Part shown: positions 60,431-64,000 of the stretch, one piece after another
Layout of the letters: each line of letters opens with the position of its first letter
How positions within the stretch are numbered: the stretch's first letter is position 1
NCBI GenBank assembly: GCA_040218735.1
Contig: JAVJQW010000012.1
Span: 256,001-320,000, forward strand
DNA length: 64,000 bases
Source: Deltaproteobacteria bacterium
GTDB taxonomy: Bacteria > Myxococcota > Kuafuiibacteriia > Kuafuiibacteriales > Kuafuiibacteriaceae
Direction: 5' to 3'
Notes under the pieces: generated by a model
The model's input: only the letters and a program-made list of their open reading frames with translations
Databases searched by the model: none
Told to the model about the DNA's origin: nothing
Program-made: the position numbers and the translations under genes

Positions 60431-61213
60431 TCACCCTCCGTCCGGTGCGTTCGGCATGTTCGGCAGGACGGACACACGCGTGTCGGCGCGGGACGACAGG
60501 AGGAGCGCAGTCACGACCGTCGCGGCGACGACCACCGCGCCGCCCCCCGCGATCCACGGCCAGACTGCCGCGTCCTCTTCGGGTGGCGCCGTGACCGCGA
60601 CGACCTCGGGCCGCGAGCGCACGTGACGATCCGGCGTCGCAGCGTCGGCGTGGAAGGCGACGACCGCGCCGCCGGGGCCCACGATCGATCCGTAGAACTC
60701 GACGTGCTCGGCCTGCTCCATCGGCAACACGATCGGCGCGCCCTCGCTGGTCGTCCACGCACCGCCCTCGGTGCGCGCGGCGAAGCGCACGCTTCGAACG
60801 AGCGTCGGCGCGCCGGTGGTCGTGGCCTCCACCACGAACAGGTCGTCGCGCTCCCGAGCGACGAGTGTGATGTCGGGCGGGACCGGCGCGCTCGACTTCG
60901 CACGCAGGAACGCCGCGCGCGCATCGGGTCGGAGCCCGTCGGGCTGGAGGTCGGGTTCGAGCGCGGCGAGATCGAGGGCGTCGCGCGACAGATCCTCGGG
61001 GCGCTTCAGCGCCGCGTAGAGCTGCAGCCGCATCGTCAGCGCACGCACGAGCGACGGGCGATCCAGCGGGCCCGCGTCCGTGAGCGCCTCCAGCGTCGCG
61101 AGCGCCTCGGGGAGCCGAGCCTGGCTCAGCTGCAGCTCGGCGAGCTCCAGCGTCGGCGCGCCGGTCGCGAGGGCACAGCTCAGCCCGAGGAACGCCGCGA
61201 TCGAGGCCGACAA
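60431..61213 (-). CDS. Hypothetical exported TPR-like protein with a C-terminal TM anchor
   Basis: Signal-like N-terminus, helical repeat, WPWIAGGGAVVVAA anchor; stop lies 3 bp upstream of the kinase start. Confidence 0.7.
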   Translation of the reverse strand: MSASIAAFLGLSCALATGAPTLELAELQLSQARLPEALATLEALTDAGPLDRPSLVRALTMRLQLYAALKRPEDLSRDALDLAALEPDLQPDGLRPDARAAFLRAKSSAPVPPDITLVARERDDLFVVEATTTGAPTLVRSVRFAARTEGGAWTTSEGAPIVLPMEQAEHVEFYGSIVGPGGAVVAFHADAATPDRHVRSRPEVVAVTAPPEEDAAVWPWIAGGGAVVVAATVVTALLLSSRADTRVSVLPNMPNAPDGG

Positions 61214-61223
61214 CGTTCAGATG

Positions 61224-64000
61224 TTATCGGACGGCCTCTGCGTCGAACAATCGCAGCGCGCTTACGCGCATCGCGCGGCCGGTCGGGGTATCGGCGGCGG
61301 CGAGCCCGGAGGGGGGGCCTTCGAACTGGATCGCCCCACCCGCGCGGCCGGCGCCGGGTCCCAGCTCGACGACGCGGTCGGCGCACGCGATGAGCGGGAG
61401 GGCGTGCTCGACGACCACGACGGCGTGCCCCGCCTCGGCGAGCGCGTCGAAGAGCTTCACGAGGCGCGGCAGGTCGGCGAAGTGCAGGCCTCGCGCCGGT
61501 TCGTCGAAAGCAAAGACGGTCGGCTCGGCGCGACGACGGTCGGCGAGGGTTCGGGCCATCGCGAGGCGCTGAGACTCGCCGCCCGACAGCGCGTCGGTGC
61601 GACGGGCCGCCGAGAGGTGAGCCAGGCCGAGGCGACGCGCGGTCGCGAGGGGGGCGTCGAGCTTCGGCCAGTGTTCGGAGGCGAGCGCGGCGAGCGGGCG
61701 CGCGAGGACATCGGCGATCGAGTCGCCGGCGAGCTTCGTATCGAGCACCGCGCGGTCGTAGCGTGTGCCTTCGCAGGCGGGGCACGGCCGCACCGCGTCG
61801 GGGAGGAAGTCCATCGCGACGCGCTCCTCGCCGGTGCCGCGGCACACGTCGCAGCGGCCCTTGGAGCCGAACAAGAACCGCGACTTCGTAGCACCCGCCG
61901 CGCGCGCGAAGGCGGCGGCGATCGGCGCGACGAGATCGAGGTAGGTCGCGACGGTGCTCATCGGACCGTGCCCGACGGGGCGCGGCTCGACCGTCACCAT
62001 CGGCGCGGCGCGCTCGAGCGCGGCACACCCGACCGCGCGCTTCGCCGCGAGGCTGGAGGCGAGCACGTCGAAGACGAGCGTGGACTTGCCGCTCCCCGAC
62101 ACGCCGCAGACCGCGAGCACTTCGCCGAACGCGACCGAGAGATCGACGCCCTTCAGGTGGTGTCGATCGGCGCCGCGGATCGCGGGGCCCGGCGTGCGCG
62201 GGTGATCGCCGCGGGTCGGCATCGCGAGGGTGCCGGCGAGCAGTCGTCCCGTCGGCGTGTCCAGCTTCGCGACTTCGTTCGGCGCGCCGTCCGCCACGAC
62301 GCGACCTCCGGCGTCGCCCGCGCCGGGGCCGAGCTCCAGGATGCGGTCCGCGGATCGCATCATCGTGTCGTCGTGTTCGACGACCACCACCGTGTTGCCG
62401 ACGGCGGCGAGGTCCCGGACGACGTCGGCGAGGCGTTCGCGATCCACGACGTGCAGCCCGAGGCACGGTTCGTCGAGCACGTAACATACGTCCTGCACGC
62501 CCCCCACGAGGTGCGTCGCGATCTCCAGGCGGCGGTGCTCGCCGTGGGAGAGCGAGCGGGTCGTTCGGTCGAGCGTGAGGTGACCGAGGCCGAGCTGCAC
62601 GAGGCGCGCGAGCACCGGCCGCACCTCGTCGCGGACGGTGTCGGCGACCGCCTCGAGCGCCGGGTCGCCCGGGTGCAAGACATCGAGCGCATCGCCGAGC
62701 GTCGAAAGCTCCACCTTCGACAGCTCCGGGAGTCGGCTCGACCCGACGGTGACCGCGCGCGACGACGCCGACAACCGCTCCCCCGCGCAGACGTCACACG
62801 CGCGCTCGACCATCACCGCCTCGAAGGCCGGCCCGAGCTTTCGGTCGCGTTTCTTCTCGTACTCTTGTTCGACGAGCGCCGCGACGCCCTCCCACTTCGC
62901 ATCGAACGTGTGGAGCTTCTCGCCGCGCGCCTTCGCGTGCGCCCACTCGACGGTGAGCGTTGCGTCGCCGCCCGCGTCGATGCCGCGACGCGCTTCGACG
63001 TCGAGCGTTTGCCACGGTTGGTGCGGATCGATGCCCCGCGACGCGAGGAACGCGAGGAGGATCGCGTGCGGGCGTCCGTCGAGCTCGAAGACGAGGCGCC
63101 CCGCGCGGGTCTGCGCGAGGGCGCCCTCGGCGATCGAGCGTGAAGGGTCATCGACGAGCGCATCGACGTCGCAGCGCTGGCGCCGCCCGCGCCCGTCACA
63201 CGCGGGGCACGCGCCGAGCGCGTCGTTGAAGGAGAAGTGACTCGCCGACCGCTGTGACGCCCGCGCGAAGAGGAGGCGCAGCGCGGCGTCGATCCCGCTG
63301 AACGTCCCGACGGTGGAACGCGGATCCGGGTTCGGCGTGGTGGACCTCACCGCGACGGTCGGGCGGAGCGCACGCGCCTCGTCGAAGTCGGCGTTCGAAG
63401 TGATCGCGAGCCGTCGACGGAGGTACGGCGAGAACGACTCGGCGAAGCGGCGCCGGCCCTCCTCCGCGAGGGTGTCGAACGCGAGTGAGCTCTTGCCGCT
63501 CCCGGAGACGCCGGTGACCACGGTGACGGCGCGGTGCGGGAACGTAACGTCGACGCCGCGAAGGTTCCGGGTACGAACACCCCGAAGGTCGGTGCGATCC
63601 GCGGCCGGTGTGCTCGGTACGGAGCCCCCCGCCCCGGACCGCGTCGCCGCGTCTGGCCTCAGCTCCGCGCCGATCGTCGATGTTTCCGTCGCGACCAACG
63701 ACTCCGGGGTCCCGCTCGCGACGACGCGCCCGCCTTCGGGGCCCCGGCCCGGTCCCAGCTCGATGACATGGTCGGCGGCGGCGATGAACGCGAGGTCGTG
63801 GTCGGCGGCGACGACGGTCGCGCCGCGTTCGATCATCGCGTTGAGCGCGGTGACGAAGCGGTCGACGTCGCCCGCCCCGAGGCCGGTGGTGGGCTCGTCG
63901 AGCGCGACGAGGGTGCCCACGCCCGAGACCTTCGCCATCTGTTTGGCGAGCTGGAGGCGTTGGGCTTCGCCGCCGGAGAGCGTGGGTGCGGGTTGGCCGA
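61224..64000 (-). CDS. uvrA: Tandem-duplicated UvrA-family ATPase (5' end outside the window)
   Basis: Frame open to the window edge ([15 protein letters not shown]...LDEPTTGL), followed by a second full UvrA unit: [47 protein letters not shown]. Confidence 0.88.
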   Translation of the reverse strand, partial: GQPAPTLSGGEAQRLQLAKQMAKVSGVGTLVALDEPTTGLGAGDVDRFVTALNAMIERGATVVAADHDLAFIAAADHVIELGPGRGPEGGRVVASGTPESLVATETSTIGAELRPDAATRSGAGGSVPSTPAADRTDLRGVRTRNLRGVDVTFPHRAVTVVTGVSGSGKSSLAFDTLAEEGRRRFAESFSPYLRRRLAITSNADFDEARALRPTVAVRSTTPNPDPRSTVGTFSGIDAALRLLFARASQRSASHFSFNDALGACPACDGRGRRQRCDVDALVDDPSRSIAEGALAQTRAGRLVFELDGRPHAILLAFLASRGIDPHQPWQTLDVEARRGIDAGGDATLTVEWAHAKARGEKLHTFDAKWEGVAALVEQEYEKKRDRKLGPAFEAVMVERACDVCAGERLSASSRAVTVGSSRLPELSKVELSTLGDALDVLHPGDPALEAVADTVRDEVRPVLARLVQLGLGHLTLDRTTRSLSHGEHRRLEIATHLVGGVQDVCYVLDEPCLGLHVVDRERLADVVRDLAAVGNTVVVVEHDDTMMRSADRILELGPGAGDAGGRVVADGAPNEVAKLDTPTGRLLAGTLAMPTRGDHPRTPGPAIRGADRHHLKGVDLSVAFGEVLAVCGVSGSGKSTLVFDVLASSLAAKRAVGCAALERAAPMVTVEPRPVGHGPMSTVATYLDLVAPIAAAFARAAGATKSRFLFGSKGRCDVCRGTGEERVAMDFLPDAVRPCPACEGTRYDRAVLDTKLAGDSIADVLARPLAALASEHWPKLDAPLATARRLGLAHLSAARRTDALSGGESQRLAMARTLADRRRAEPTVFAFDEPARGLHFADLPRLVKLFDALAEAGHAVVVVEHALPLIACADRVVELGPGAGRAGGAIQFEGPPSGLAAADTPTGRAMRVSALRLFDAEAVR

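Overview
GC-rich (about 70% by eye), densely coding chromosomal window. It most likely comes from a Myxococcota bacterium, based on a MYXO-CTERM surface protein, several Hanks-type Ser/Thr kinases, an FHA-sigma54 activator and a myxobacterial-type RAYT. About 48 CDS are supported; I saw no rRNA, tRNA, CRISPR array or prophage. Points worth a second look: (1) a tightly coupled four-gene signalling operon (39.3-46.1 kb) encoding a degenerate class III cyclase-like protein, a HEAT protein and a GYP-less HD-GYP protein that appear to share an N-terminal domain, and an intact Ser/Thr kinase; (2) convergent with it, an NTT-like transporter-HEAT / tandem cNMP-domain / di-iron ferritin-like operon; (3) a REP-associated tyrosine transposase whose two flanks carry degenerate tandem repeats overlapping the 3' ends of both neighbouring host genes; (4) a rhodanese-YggX fusion; (5) two signal-peptide-less Ca-binding proteins (a frameshifted EF-hand/calpain protease and an RTX-repeat protein) with near-identical sigma54-like promoters; (6) a pseudokinase-kinase tandem, a SUFU-like lipoprotein and a doubled UvrA. 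All family calls come from motif recognition by eye, not from database searches.
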